Assembly (NCBI GenBank): GCA_043228905.1
Contig: JBHGNT010000013.1
Span: forward strand, 18,166,001-18,230,000
Direction of reading: 5' to 3'
Source of the DNA: Azolla caroliniana
Lineage: Eukaryota; Plantae; Polypodiophyta
Length of the DNA stretch: 64,000 bases
Positions within the stretch are counted from its first letter, which is position 1. Every line of letters begins with the position of its first letter. Shown piece by piece: positions 13,620 through 25,428 of this stretch. The notes beneath the pieces were generated by a model. The model did no database searches. It saw only the letters and a list, made by a program, of their open reading frames with translations, and was not told where the DNA came from. The position numbers and the translations under genes are program-made.

Positions 13620-14375
13620 GACTGTTGCAAGTGAGGGTTGCAATAGTCCCATTATTAAAAGACCCTCATATAAGGCATTACAACATATGAATAAGCCATT
13701 TCATGTTTCTGAAAGTGGTGCTATATGTGTGACTAGTGTTGGGATTACGGTCCCTTCTCATGGGATGGTCGGATATCGGAGATGAATGCCGACAAGCCCG
13801 GTTTCGGTTTCGGATCCGGATGACGAAGACCCCGGTTTCGGTACCGGATGACGAATGTACCCGGAGAGCGATCCGGATGCAGGGACATATCCGTGAATAT
13901 GTTCGCTATGGGCCCCTGAGGCTACAGTTGTAAATAGCCCAAAGTCATATAAGTATAAATATGACTTAGGGCAAACAGTGTTGTTGTTGCTTATCATTTT
14001 TCTGTTTTTCCACTCAAGAGGAGTGAAGAGGGAGCAGTCGTGAGACAGAGTGAGAGATAGAGCGCGAGAGAGGAAGAGGACGACGCCTCTGTGTATTTCC
14101 GCCGCCTGTGGCGAGGACAGCGAGCTCAAGGTCGTCGCCTTGGAGCTCGTCATTGTATACTTCTCTTGTATAGTGTTGTTTGGAGTCTTGTACTCCCGTG
14201 GTTTTTCCCATCTAGGGTTTTCCACGTTAATCCCTGTGTACTCGTGTGTTTCTCTCTTTTGGTTTCTATTTTCTGTTGCATTGATCCGCGATTACTCGGT
14301 TGTGGCCGAAAGGAAGAAGGTGAATCGAAGCGTTGATTCCCAACAAACTGGTATCAGAGCGAACTGCTGCAGAAA

Positions 14376-17300
14376 ATGGAAGGCGGCGGCAACGGGCAGC
14401 CGGGGATGATGGTGCTGAATGCGCAGAATTACGCTGACTGGAAGATCAAGATGGAGGATCTTCTGATTGTTCGGGACCTGTACGAACCGATTGACAGGTC
14501 GGAAATACCGAAGGGGGTACTTGAGTCGGAGTGGAAGCTCCTGAACCGGAAAGCCGTAGCGACGATCCGACAATATGTCGATGTAAGCGTCCTACAACAT
14601 GTGGCGAACGACACCAACGCATATGAGATGTGGAAGAAGCTGTCGGGCCTTTACGAGAGGAAGAATGCGTTGAACCGGACCTCCCTGATGAGGAAGATAG
14701 TGAACCTCAAGTACCGGGACGGCGAGAGTATGGTGGAACACGTAAGCACGTTCATGGGATTCGTGAATCAGCTTGCGGCGATCAAGTTCCCGTTGGAGGA
14801 TGCAATGCAAGCCATCATCCTGATGTGTACATTGCCGGAAAGCTGGGAGAACTTGGTGGTGACTCTCAGCACCTCCTGCACCGAAGATAACTTGTCCTTA
14901 CAAACGGTAAAGACAAGTATTTTGAATGAAGAAGCGCGTCGGAGAGATAAGGAACCGGCCTCCGACCCGAAGATGTTGTTTACCGAATCGGATCGGGGAA
15001 GACAATGGAACCGGAGTCCGCAAAGACGGGAGAAGTCGGGGACCCGGTCGCAGTCAAGAGGAAGGCCCACATGCTTCCACTGTGGGAAGACGGGGCACTT
15101 CCGAAAGAATTGTCGGCATTACCGAAAAGACAATGGAACCGACAACACCGATTCGAAGAAGTCACCGGAGAGAAACGGTGCATACCGGGGAGCCACGGAC
15201 CGGAATGGTTCGGATCGGCGAGGACAGGACCGGAAAGGAACAACGGCACTCGCGGCAAGTGAGGAAGAAATCATGCTCATCACCGAAGAAGGTGAGCTAA
15301 ACGTTGCCGGCGATGAGACGACCTGGGTGGTCGATTCCGGAGCATCGTTCCACCTGACCCCGGAGAGAAGATACTTCTCATCCTACACAGCCGGTGAGCA
15401 TGGCTGTGTTCGGATGGGAAATGAAGGTACGTGCCGGATTTCCGGCATAGGAGACGTGTGGTTGACAACCCCGACCGGATGCAAAATGCTGCTGAAGGAT
15501 GTCCGACACGTTCCGGAGGTTCGATTGAACCTGATTTCGGCCGGGAGGCTAGACGATGAAGGCTACACAGGTAGCATCCGGAACGGCGTAATGAAGTTCA
15601 GCAAGGGGAGCCTGATAGTGGCTCGGGCCCGGAAAGTCAACACACTGTACCTGATGAATGCCCGGTTATGTCCGGAAGAACTGAATGTGGCAGCCGACAC
15701 TGCCGGTGAGCTGTGGCACAAGAGACTGTGCCACATGAGTGAGAAGGGGATGAAGAGGCTTGCAGAAGACAACCTTATCCCAGTGAAGCATGTGCACCTG
15801 GAGAAGTGCACCGATTGCCTGGCCGGTAAGCAGAACCGAACCTCCTTCCACTCAAGGCCACCGACGAGACGGAGCGCACCATTGGAGTTGGTGCACACTG
15901 ATGTGTGTCAGGTAGAAACGAAGTCACATGGCGGAGCCCAGTACTTCGTAACATTCATTGATGATCACAGCCGGAAGCTGTGGACGGCACCGTTGAAGAC
16001 AAAGGACCAAGCGTTGTGCGTCTTCAAAGAACTCCACGCGAGAGTGGAAAGGGAATCCGGCAAGAAGCTGAAAGCGATACGAGCGGATAACGGAGGGGAA
16101 TACCGGGGGCAGTTCCAGGAGTACTGTCGCTCGAAGGGAATCCGACTCGAGTTTACTGTGCCGAAGACGCCGGAACTGAACGGGCTGGCTGAGAGGATGA
16201 ACCGGACCATAATGGAGCGGGTCCGGAGTATGCTGGCGCATGCGAAATTACCCAAGGGGTTTTGGGCTGAGGCAATGTCGACGGCGACATACGTGATAAA
16301 CAGATCACCCTCAGTACCTTTGGACGGAGACACGCCGCAGAAAGTGTGGACCGGTAAGGAAGTGTCCTACCGGCATCTGAAGGTGTTCGGGTGTCTCGCA
16401 TACGTGCATGTGGCAAAGGACCGGAGAGGAAAGCTAGATCCAAAGACCCGGCCATGCATATTCCTCGGTTACGGCGATGACGAGTTCGGCTACCGAGTAT
16501 GGGACCCGGTCGACAAGAAGATATTCAGGAGTCGAGACATCATCTTCATGGAGGACAAGACACTCGCCGACTGGGAGTCGGAGAAGAAGGTGAAGAGCTC
16601 CAAGTCGACCGGTGAGGATCAACTCTACAAGGAGCAGTCCCGACCGGCAAGGGACCGGTTAGCACTCGAGGATCCGGCCGAAGACGGTGAAGAAACAGAA
16701 CCGGCCGAAGAAGATGAAAACGATACCGGAACCGGCCCCGATCCCGAAATGGATTCGGATGAAGAAGAATCGGAAGAACCGGTTACCGAAGCTCCGGAAC
16801 GGAGATATCCTCTAAGAGAGAGAAGGGCCCCCCGGAGATTTCCGGAACCAGAGCACGTGCTGCTAACCGACGAGGGGGAGCCGGAGAGCTTTGAAGAAGC
16901 AAAACATGACACCCAGAGCCGCAGGTGGTTGAGTGCCATGCAGGACGAAATGGATTCCCTGCACGAGAACCACACATATGAACTTGTGGAGTTGCCGAAA
17001 GGAAAGCGGGCACTTCGAAACAAGTGGGTGTTCAAGCTGAAACCGGGAGATGCCGGAAACCCCCCGAGATACAAAGCCAGGATCGTGGTGAAGGGGTTTC
17101 AGCAGAAGAAGGGCGTCGACTTCGACGAGATATTTGCCCCGGTAGTGAAGATGACCTCCATCCGGACGGTGCTGAGCATAGCGGCAAGCATGGACCTCGA
17201 GGTAGAACAGATGGACGTGAAGACGGCATTCCTTCACGGTGACCTCGATCAAGAGATCTACATGCAGCAACCGGAAGGATTCGAGAAGAAAGGGAAGGAG

Positions 17301-17679
17301 CACCTGGTATGCCGGTTGAAGAAGAGCCTTTACGGACTGAAGCAGGCTCCCCGGCAATGGTACCGGAAGTTCGACTCCTTCATGACCGACGAAGGGTACC
17401 TCAAAACGCAGTCCGACCACTGCGTGTTTGTGAAGAAGTTCGAAGGAGGAGACTTTCTAATACTCCTCCTGTACGTGGACGACATGTTGATCGTCGGACG
17501 GGACCAGGTCAAGATACGGATGCTGAAGAAGGCTCTTCACCGAACCTTCTCAATGAAGGACCTGGGTTCGGCGAGGCAAATACTAGGGATGCACATCATC
17601 CGGGACCGGAAGAAGAAGCAGTTGTGGCTGTCACAGGAGAAGTACGTGACGAAGGTGCTTCACCGGTTCAACATGTCGG
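14376..17679 (+). CDS. Copia A gag-pol, 5' part (gag, CCHC knuckle, PR, IN, most of RT)
   Basis: Motifs CFHCGKTGHFRKNC, VVDSGAS, WHKRLCH, DNGGEY, YVDD; truncated by insertion of B. Confidence 0.95.
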
Positions 17680-20600
17680 TGTTGGGATTTCGGTCCCTCC
17701 GGATGGGATGTCCCTGGAGATAAATGACGGCAAGCCCGGTTGCGGTTACGGAACCGGATGATGAAGAGTACCCGGCATGAAGCCGGATGAAGTGTACCCG
17801 GATGCGGATCCGGATGATGAAGAGTACCCGGATACGGATCCGGATGATGAAGACCCCGGTTACGGAACCGGATGCTGAAGACCCCGACTACGGAGCCGGA
17901 TGACGAATGTACCCGGAGAGAGATCCGGATGCGGGGACATATTTGTGAATATGTTTGCCAAGGGCCCTTGAGGCTATATTTGTAAATAGCCCGAAAGTCA
18001 TATGTGTATAAATATGACTTAGGGCAAATAGTTTTTGGGTTGTTGCTTAATTTTCATGCGAAGTAAGGGCAGCCGCGAGAGAGAGAGAGAGAGACGAAGA
18101 GGTCGTTGCCTCTGTGTATTGCCGCCGCATGTGGCGAAGACAGTGAGCTCAAGGTTGTTGCCTTGTAGCTTCACCAGTGTACATCCCTGTTCATAGTGAT
18201 AGTTGGAGTTTGAGGACTCCCGTGGTTTTTCCCGTATAGGGTTTTCCACGTTAATCCCTGTGTATCGCATCTTTCTCTGTATTTCCTATTTTCTGCTGCA
18301 TTGATCCGCGATTACTCGGTTGTGGCCGAGTGGTGAAGGTGAATCCAAGCGTTGATTCTCGACAAACTGGTATCAGAGCGACTGTTGCAGAAAATGGAAG
18401 GCGGCGGCAGCGGGCAGCCGATGATGATGGTGCTGAATGCACAGAATTACGCCGACTGGAAGATCAAGATGGAGGACCTTCTGATTGTTCGGGACCTGTA
18501 CGAACCGATTGACAGGTCGGAAATACCGAAAGGTGTACTTGAGTCGGAGTGGAAGCTCCTGAACCGGAAAGCCGTAGCGACGATCCGACAATACGTCGAC
18601 GTGAGCGTCCTACAACATGTGGCAAACGACACCAACGCATATGAGATGTGGAAGAAGCTGTCGGGCCTCTACGAGAGGAAGAATGCGTTGAACCGGACCT
18701 CCCTGATGAGGAAGATCGTGAATCTCAAGTACCGGGACGGCGAGAGTATGGTGGAACACGTAAGCACGTTCATGGGATTCGTGAATCAGCTTGCGGCAAT
18801 CAAGTTCCCGTTGGAGGATGCAATGCAAGCCATCATCCTGATGTGTACATTGCCGGAAAGCTGGGAGAACTTGGTGGTGACTCTCAGCACCTCGTGCACC
18901 GAAGATAACTTGTCCTTACAAACGGTAAAGACAAGTATTCTGAATGAAGAAGCGCGTCGGAGAGATAAGGAACCGGCCTCCGACCCGAAGATGCTGTTTA
19001 CCGAATCGGATCGGGGAAGACAATGGAACCGGAGTCCGCAAAGACGGGAGAAGTCGGGGACCCGGTCGCAGTCAAGAGGAAGGCCCACATGCTTCCACTG
19101 TGGGAAGCCGGGGCACTTCCGAAAGAATTGTCGGCATTACCGAAAAGACAACGGAGCAGACGACACCGATTCGAAGAAGTCACCGGAGAGAAACGGTGCA
19201 TACCGGGGAGCCACGGACCGGAGAGGTTCGGATCGGCGAGGGCAGGACCGGAAAGGAACAACGGCACTCGCGGCAAGTGAGGAAGAAATCATGCTCATCA
19301 CCGAAGAAGGTGAGCTAAACGTTGCCGGCGATGAGACGACCTGGGTGGTCGATTCCGGAGCATCGTTCCACCTGACCCCGGAGAGAAGATACTTCTCATC
19401 CTACGCAGCCGGTGAGCATGGCTGTGTTCGGATGGGGAATGAAGGTACGTGCCGGATTGCCGGCATAGGAGATGTGTGGTTGACAACCCCGACCGGATGC
19501 AAAATGCTGCTGAAGGATGTCCGACACGTTCCGGAGGTTCGATTGAACCTGATTTCGGCCGGGAGGCTAGACGATGAAGGCTACACAGGTAGCATCCGGA
19601 ACGGCGTAATGAAGTTCAGCAAGGGGAGCCTGATAGTGGCTCGGGCCCGGAAAGACAACACACTGTACCTGATGAATGCCCGGTTATGTCCGGAAGAGCT
19701 GAATGTGGCAGCCGACACTGCCGGTGAGCTGTGGCACAAGAGACTGTGCCACATGAGTGAGAAGGGGATGAAGAGGCTTGCAGAAGACAACCTCATCCCA
19801 GTGAAGCATGTGCACCTGGAGAAGTGCACCGATTGCCTGGCCGGTAAGCAGAACCGAACCTCCTTCCACTCAAGGCCACCGACGAGACGTAGCGCACCAT
19901 TGGAGTTGGTGCATACTGATGTGTGTCAGGTAGAAACGAAGTCACATGGCGGAGCCCAGTACTTCGCGACATTCATTGATGACCACAGTCAGAAGCTGTG
20001 GACGGCACCGTTGAAGACAAAGGACCAAGTATTGTCCGTCTTCAAAGAACTCCACGCGAGAGTGGAAAGAGAATCCGGCAAGAAGCTGAAAGCGATACGA
20101 GCGGATAACGGAGGGGAATACCGGGGGCAGTTCCAGGAGTACTGTCGCTCGAAGGGAATCCGGCTCGAGTTTACTGTGCCGAAGACGCCGGAACTGAACG
20201 GGCTGGCCGAGAGGATGAACCGGACCATAATGGAGAGGGTCCGGAGTATGCTAGCGCATGCGAAATTACCCAAGGGATTTTGGGCTGAGGCAATGTCGAC
20301 GGCGACGTATGTGATAAATAGATCACCCTCAGTACCTTTGGACGGAGACACGCCGCAGAAAGTGTGGACCGGTAAGGAAGTGTCCTACCGGCATCTGAAG
20401 GTGTTCGGGTGTCTCGCATACGTGCATGTGGCAAAGGACCGGAGAGGAAAGTTAGATCCAAAGACCCGGCCATGCATATTCCTCGGTTACGGCGACGACG
20501 AGTTCGGCTACCGAGTATGGGACCCGGTCGACAAGAAGATATTCAGGAGTCGAGATATCATCTTCATGGAGGACAAGACACTCGCCGACTGGGAGTCGGA

Positions 20601-23162
20601 GAAGAAGGTGAAGAGCTCCAAGTCGACCGGTGAGGATCAACTCTACGAGGAGCAGTCCCGACCGGCTAGGGACCGGTTAGCACTCGAGGATCCGGCCGAA
20701 GACGGTGAAGAAACAGAACCGGCCGAAGAAGATGAAAACGATACCGGAACCGGCCCCGATCCCGAAATGGATTCGGATGAAGAAGAATCGGAAGAACCGG
20801 TTACCGAAGCTCCGGAACGGAGATATCCTCTAAGAGAGAGAAGAGCCCCCCGGAGATTTCCGGAACCTGAGCACGTGCTGCTAACCGACGAAGGGGAGCC
20901 GGAGAGCTTTGAAGAAGCAAAGCATGACACCCAGAGCCGCAGGTGGCTGAGTGCCATGCAGGACGAGATGGATTCCCTGCATGAGAACCACACATATGAA
21001 CTTGTGGAGTTGCCGAAAGGAAAGCGGGCACTTCGAAACAAGTGGGTGTTCAAGCTGAAACCGGGAGATGCCGAAAACCCCCCGAGATACAAAGCCAGGA
21101 TCGTGGTGAAGGGGTTTCAGCAGAAGAAGGGCGTCGACTTCGACGAGATATTTGCCCCGGTAGTGAAGATGACCTCCATCCGGACGGTGCTGAGCATAGC
21201 GGCAAGCATGGACCTCGAGGTAGAACAGATGGACATGAAGACGGCATTCCTTCACGGTGACCTCGATGAAGAGATCTACATGCAGCAACCGGAAGGATTC
21301 GAGAAGAAAGGGAAGGAGCACCTGGTATGCCGGTTGAAGAAGAGCCTTTACGGACTGAAGCAGGCTCCCCGGCAATGGTACCGAAAGTTCGACTCCTTCA
21401 TGACAGACGAAGGGTACCTCAAAACGCAGTCCGACCACGGCGTGTTTGTGAAGAAGTTCGAAGGAGGAGACTCTCTAATACTCCTCCTGTACGTGGACGA
21501 CATGTTGATCGTCGGACGGGACCAGGTCAAGATACGGATGCTGAAGAAGGCTCTTCACCGAACCTTCTCAATGAAGGACCTGGGTCCGGCGAGGCAAATA
21601 CTAGGGATGCACATCATCCGGAACCGGAAGAAGAAGCAGTTGTGGCTGTCACAGGAGAAGTACGTGACGAAGGTGCTTCACCGGTTCAACATGTCGGAAG
21701 CAAGACCGGTCGGATCGACCCTCCCGACAAACTGCAAGCTGTCCAACAAGCAAAGTCCCAAGACAAAGGCTGAAAAGGAGGATATGATGAAAGTGCCATA
21801 TGCCTCAGCCGTCGGGAGCTTGATGTACGCCATGGTGTGTACGAGACCGGACATCGGATATGCAGTCGGAGTGGTGAGCCGGTACATGAGCAATCCCGGC
21901 AAAGAGCATTGGAACGCGGCCAAGTGGATACTCCGATACCTGAAGGGCACGGCAAACGTGTGCCTCCGATTCGGCTCCGGTAAGCCCGAACTCGACGGCT
22001 TCACCGATTCGGATATGTCGGCTGATGCAGATACCAGCCGGTCCACATCAGGGTATGTGATGACGTATGCAGGGGGAGCCGTTTCGTGGCAGTCGAGGCT
22101 GCAGAAGACGGTTGCATTGTCAACCACGGAGGCGGAGTACATGGCGGCTGTTGAAGCCGGCAAGGAAATAATATGGATGAAGGACTTCATTAGAGAGCTC
22201 GGTATCCGGCAGGAGGAGTACCGACTCTACTGCGACAGTCAGAGTGCAATCCACCTTGCGAAGAACGCGGCCTATCACTCCCGGACGAAGCACATCCAGC
22301 GAAGATATCACTGGATCCGGGAAAGGATAGAAGACAAGGAGTTCGTGCTGACAAAGATCCACACGGACGAGAACGGGTCGGATATGCTGACCAAGGTCCT
22401 CACACCCGACAAGCTGGAAGCATGCCGGAAGAGGATCGGGTTGGAGAGACATCCCATGCCGAAGTGAAGGGGGAGTTTGTTGGGATTTCGGTCCCTCCGG
22501 ATGGGATGTCCCCGGAGATAAATGACGGCAAGCCCGGTTGCGGTTACGGAACCGGATGATGAAGAGTACCCGGCATGAAGCCGGATGAAGTGTACCCGGA
22601 TGCGGATCCGGATGATGAAGAGTACCCGGATACGGATCCGGATGATGAAGACCCCGGTTACGGAACCGGATGCTGAAGACCCCGACTACGGAGCCGGATG
22701 ACGAATGTACCCGGAGAGAGATCCGGATGCGGGGACATATTTGTGAATATGTTTGCCAAGGGCCCTTGAGGCTATATTTGTAAATAGCCCGAAAGTCATA
22801 TGTGTATAAATATGACTTAGGGCAAATAGTTTTTGGGTTGTTGCTTAATTTTCATGCGAAGTAAGGGCAGCCGCGAGAGAGAGAGAGAGAGACGAAGAGG
22901 TCGTTGCCTCTGTGTATTGCCGCCGCCTGTGGCGAAGACAGTGAGCTCAAGGTTGTTGCCTTGTAGCTTCACCAGTGTACATCCCTGTTCATAGTGATAG
23001 TTGGAGTTTGAGGACTCCCGTGGTTTTTCCCGTATAGGGTTTTCCACGTTAATCCCTGTGTATCGCATCTTTCTCTGTATTTCCTATTTTCTGCTGCATT
23101 GATCCGCGATTACTCGGTTGTGGCCGAGTGGTGAAGGTGAATCCAAGCGTTGATTCTCGACA
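17680..23162 (+). mobile_element. Ty1/copia element B, structurally intact and potentially autonomous
   Basis: 685-bp LTRs 17680-18364 and 22478-23162 (2 differences seen); TSD gtcgg (17675-17679, 23163-23167); iMet PBS 18368-18379; PPT before 22478. Confidence 0.98.
18394..22467 (+). CDS. Copia B gag-pol polyprotein, 1357 aa, uninterrupted
   Basis: ATG 15 nt after the PBS; gag, zinc knuckle, PR, IN, RT (YVDD) and RNase H (GFTDSD, STTEAEY) in one frame. Confidence 0.97.
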   Translation: MEGGGSGQPMMMVLNAQNYADWKIKMEDLLIVRDLYEPIDRSEIPKGVLESEWKLLNRKAVATIRQYVDVSVLQHVANDTNAYEMWKKLSGLYERKNALNRTSLMRKIVNLKYRDGESMVEHVSTFMGFVNQLAAIKFPLEDAMQAIILMCTLPESWENLVVTLSTSCTEDNLSLQTVKTSILNEEARRRDKEPASDPKMLFTESDRGRQWNRSPQRREKSGTRSQSRGRPTCFHCGKPGHFRKNCRHYRKDNGADDTDSKKSPERNGAYRGATDRRGSDRRGQDRKGTTALAASEEEIMLITEEGELNVAGDETTWVVDSGASFHLTPERRYFSSYAAGEHGCVRMGNEGTCRIAGIGDVWLTTPTGCKMLLKDVRHVPEVRLNLISAGRLDDEGYTGSIRNGVMKFSKGSLIVARARKDNTLYLMNARLCPEELNVAADTAGELWHKRLCHMSEKGMKRLAEDNLIPVKHVHLEKCTDCLAGKQNRTSFHSRPPTRRSAPLELVHTDVCQVETKSHGGAQYFATFIDDHSQKLWTAPLKTKDQVLSVFKELHARVERESGKKLKAIRADNGGEYRGQFQEYCRSKGIRLEFTVPKTPELNGLAERMNRTIMERVRSMLAHAKLPKGFWAEAMSTATYVINRSPSVPLDGDTPQKVWTGKEVSYRHLKVFGCLAYVHVAKDRRGKLDPKTRPCIFLGYGDDEFGYRVWDPVDKKIFRSRDIIFMEDKTLADWESEKKVKSSKSTGEDQLYEEQSRPARDRLALEDPAEDGEETEPAEEDENDTGTGPDPEMDSDEEESEEPVTEAPERRYPLRERRAPRRFPEPEHVLLTDEGEPESFEEAKHDTQSRRWLSAMQDEMDSLHENHTYELVELPKGKRALRNKWVFKLKPGDAENPPRYKARIVVKGFQQKKGVDFDEIFAPVVKMTSIRTVLSIAASMDLEVEQMDMKTAFLHGDLDEEIYMQQPEGFEKKGKEHLVCRLKKSLYGLKQAPRQWYRKFDSFMTDEGYLKTQSDHGVFVKKFEGGDSLILLLYVDDMLIVGRDQVKIRMLKKALHRTFSMKDLGPARQILGMHIIRNRKKKQLWLSQEKYVTKVLHRFNMSEARPVGSTLPTNCKLSNKQSPKTKAEKEDMMKVPYASAVGSLMYAMVCTRPDIGYAVGVVSRYMSNPGKEHWNAAKWILRYLKGTANVCLRFGSGKPELDGFTDSDMSADADTSRSTSGYVMTYAGGAVSWQSRLQKTVALSTTEAEYMAAVEAGKEIIWMKDFIRELGIRQEEYRLYCDSQSAIHLAKNAAYHSRTKHIQRRYHWIRERIEDKEFVLTKIHTDENGSDMLTKVLTPDKLEACRKRIGLERHPMPK

Positions 23163-23167
23163 GTCGG

Positions 23168-23937
23168 AAGCAAGACCGGTCGGATCGACCCTCCCGGCAA
23201 ACTGCAAGCTGTCCAGCAAGCAAAGTCCCAAGACAAAGGCTGAAAAGGAGGATATGATGAAAGTGCCGTATGCCTCAGCCGTCGGGAGCTTGATGTACGC
23301 CATGGTGTGTACGAGACCGGACATCGGATATGCAATCGGAGTGGTGAGCCGGTACATGAGCAATCCCGGCAAAGAGCATTGGAACGCGGCCAAGTGGATA
23401 CTCCGATACCTGAAGGGCACGGCAAACGTGTGCCTCCGATTCGGCTCCGGAAAGCCCGAACTCGACGGCTTTACCGATTCGGATATGTCGGCTGATGCAG
23501 ATACCAGCCGGTCCACATCAGGGTATGTGATGACGTATGCAGGGGGAGCTGTTTCATGGCAGTCGAGGCTGCAGAAGATGGTTGCGCTGTCAACCACGGA
23601 GGCGGAGTACATGGCGGCTGTTGAAGCCGGCAAGGAAATAATATGGATGAAGGACTTCATTAGAGAGCTCGGTATCCGACAGGAGGAGTACCGACTCTAC
23701 TGCGACAGTCAGAGTGCAATCCACCTTGCGAAGAACGCGGCCTATCACTCCCGGATGAAGCACATCCAGCGAAGATATCACTGGATCCGGGAAAGGATAG
23801 AAGACAAGGAGTTCGTGCTGACAAAGATCCACACGGACGAGAACGGGTCGGATATGCTGACCAAGGTCCTCACACCCGACAAGCTGGAAGCATGCCGGAA
23901 GAGGATCGGATTGGAGAGACATCCCATGCCGAAGTGA
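23168..23937 (+). CDS. Copia A gag-pol, 3' part (end of RT, RNase H)
   Basis: Rejoins 14376-17679 in frame to give 4074 nt, the same length as B. Confidence 0.95.
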
Positions 23938-24561
23938 AGGGGGAGTTTGTTGGGATTACGGTCCCTTCTCATGGGATGGTCGGATATCGGAGATGAATGC
24001 CGACAAGCCCGGTTTCGGTTTCGGATCCGGATGACGAAGACCCCGGTTTCGGTACCGGATGACGAATGTACCCGGAGAGCGATCCGGATGCAGGGACATA
24101 TCCGTGAATATGTTCGCTATGGGCCCCTGAGGCTACAGTTGTAAATAGCCCAAAGTCATATAAGTATAAATATGACTTAGGGCAAACAGTGTTGTTGTTG
24201 CTTATCATTTTTCTGTTTTTCCACTCAAGAGGAGTGAAGAGGGAGCAGCCGTGAGACAGAGTGAGAGATAGAGCGCGAGAGAGGAAGAGGACGACGCCTC
24301 TGTGTATTTCCGCCGCCTGTGGCGAGGACAGCGAGCTCAAGGTCGTCGCCTTGGAGCTCGTCATTGTATACTTCTCTTGTATAGTGTTGTTTGGAGTCTT
24401 GTACTCCCGTGGTTTTTCCCATCTAGGGTTTTCCACGTTAATCCCTGTGTACTCGTGTGTTTCTCTCTTTTGGTTTCTATTTTCTGCTGCATTGATCCGC
24501 GATTACTCGGTTGTGGCCGAAAGGAAGAAGGTGAATCGAAGCGTTGATTCCCAACAACTAG

Positions 24562-25428
24562 GATGTATGAATGCAAGAGGAACTTGAAAAAGAATGTTAA
24601 TTTGTTTCAGCAGGCATTGAAGGATAATGGAGTACTTGAAATGGAAGAGCAGATTGAAAGTGTTATGGAAGAAATTTCTTTTGCAAATACTTTAGAAGAG
24701 TTAGAAATGTATTTGAAAGAAGATGATGAGAGTGTTAGAAAGATACATGTAAACTCAATTGATATGTATTATGAGATTGATAGGTATAATTGTAAATATG
24801 AAGAAGTAGAAAGTTTATGTAATACAAAATACAAAACAATAGATAAAAAGGTCAAACCTGCTGCGGTACCATTACCTATTGGTAGTGAAGAGAAGATGGA
24901 GGCAGCAGCAACCGAGCCTATGCTTCGACCAATAGAGAAGATCGGACATCACTTCACTTTGGAGACAATAAATAACTTGAGAATCGGAGGGGGTGAATTT
25001 CTTCTGCAATCAGAGATCGCGACTTTCAAAGAAATGATCTTTAGGCATGGGAACACATTCACATTCAAAGCTGAGGAGATTGGTTGTGTAGATCCAAAGG
25101 TGGTGACGCCAATGGTAATATTTACTATCCCTCATATTCCTTGGAATTTTAAACCTATTGCAGTACCGAGAGCTCGATTACCTCATTTGTTGGGCCTGCT
25201 GAAGGATAAAGTCAAGATGAAGATTTTAGAGCCTTCAAATGCACCATACTCCAATAGATGGTTCACAGTTCCAAAGAAAGATGGTTCTCTAAGATTCATT
25301 CAAGATCGACAACCAGTCAACAAAGTCACAATTTGAAATGTAGGAATCAGATCAATCGTTGATGAGTTTGCGGAAGCGTTTGCTGGGAGAGCGATTTACT
25401 CTATGGGAGACATATTCAGGATACGACC
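24562..25428 (+). pseudogene. Phygy/Selgy-like pol, N-terminal RT part
   Basis: KYKTIDKKVKP, PSNAPYSNRWFTVPKKDGSLRFIQD; continues the 13540 frame after removing copia A. Confidence 0.9.

Larger units (their letters stand above)
13737..24556 (+). mobile_element. Ty1/copia element A (Tork/TNT1-like), young, interrupted by element B
   Basis: 609-bp LTRs 13737-14345 and 23948-24556 (2 differences seen); TSD actag (13732-13736, 24557-24561); iMet PBS tggtatcagagc 14349-14360; PPT 23932-23947. Confidence 0.98.

Noticed and set aside
13600-13620. Slippery-looking GGTTTTT at the end of the Phygy/Selgy-like gag-PR
   Set aside because: The -1 frame meets TGA immediately and the element is too decayed to infer the recoding mechanism.
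17697-17930. Repeat-spacer look of the U3 array as a CRISPR-like locus
   Set aside because: Spacers are mostly 7-8 nt and related to each other, the array is inside a eukaryotic LTR, and there are no cas genes.
18352-18393. 14-aa N-terminal extension of the B ORF in the ORF track
   Set aside because: It starts at a TTG inside the LTR. The homologous start in A and D is the ATG after the PBS.
14292-23972. Many overlapping antisense and alternate-frame ORFs within copia A and B
   Set aside because: Expected shadows of a GC-rich, stop-poor gag-pol. They have no domain motifs and recur only because A and B are near-identical.
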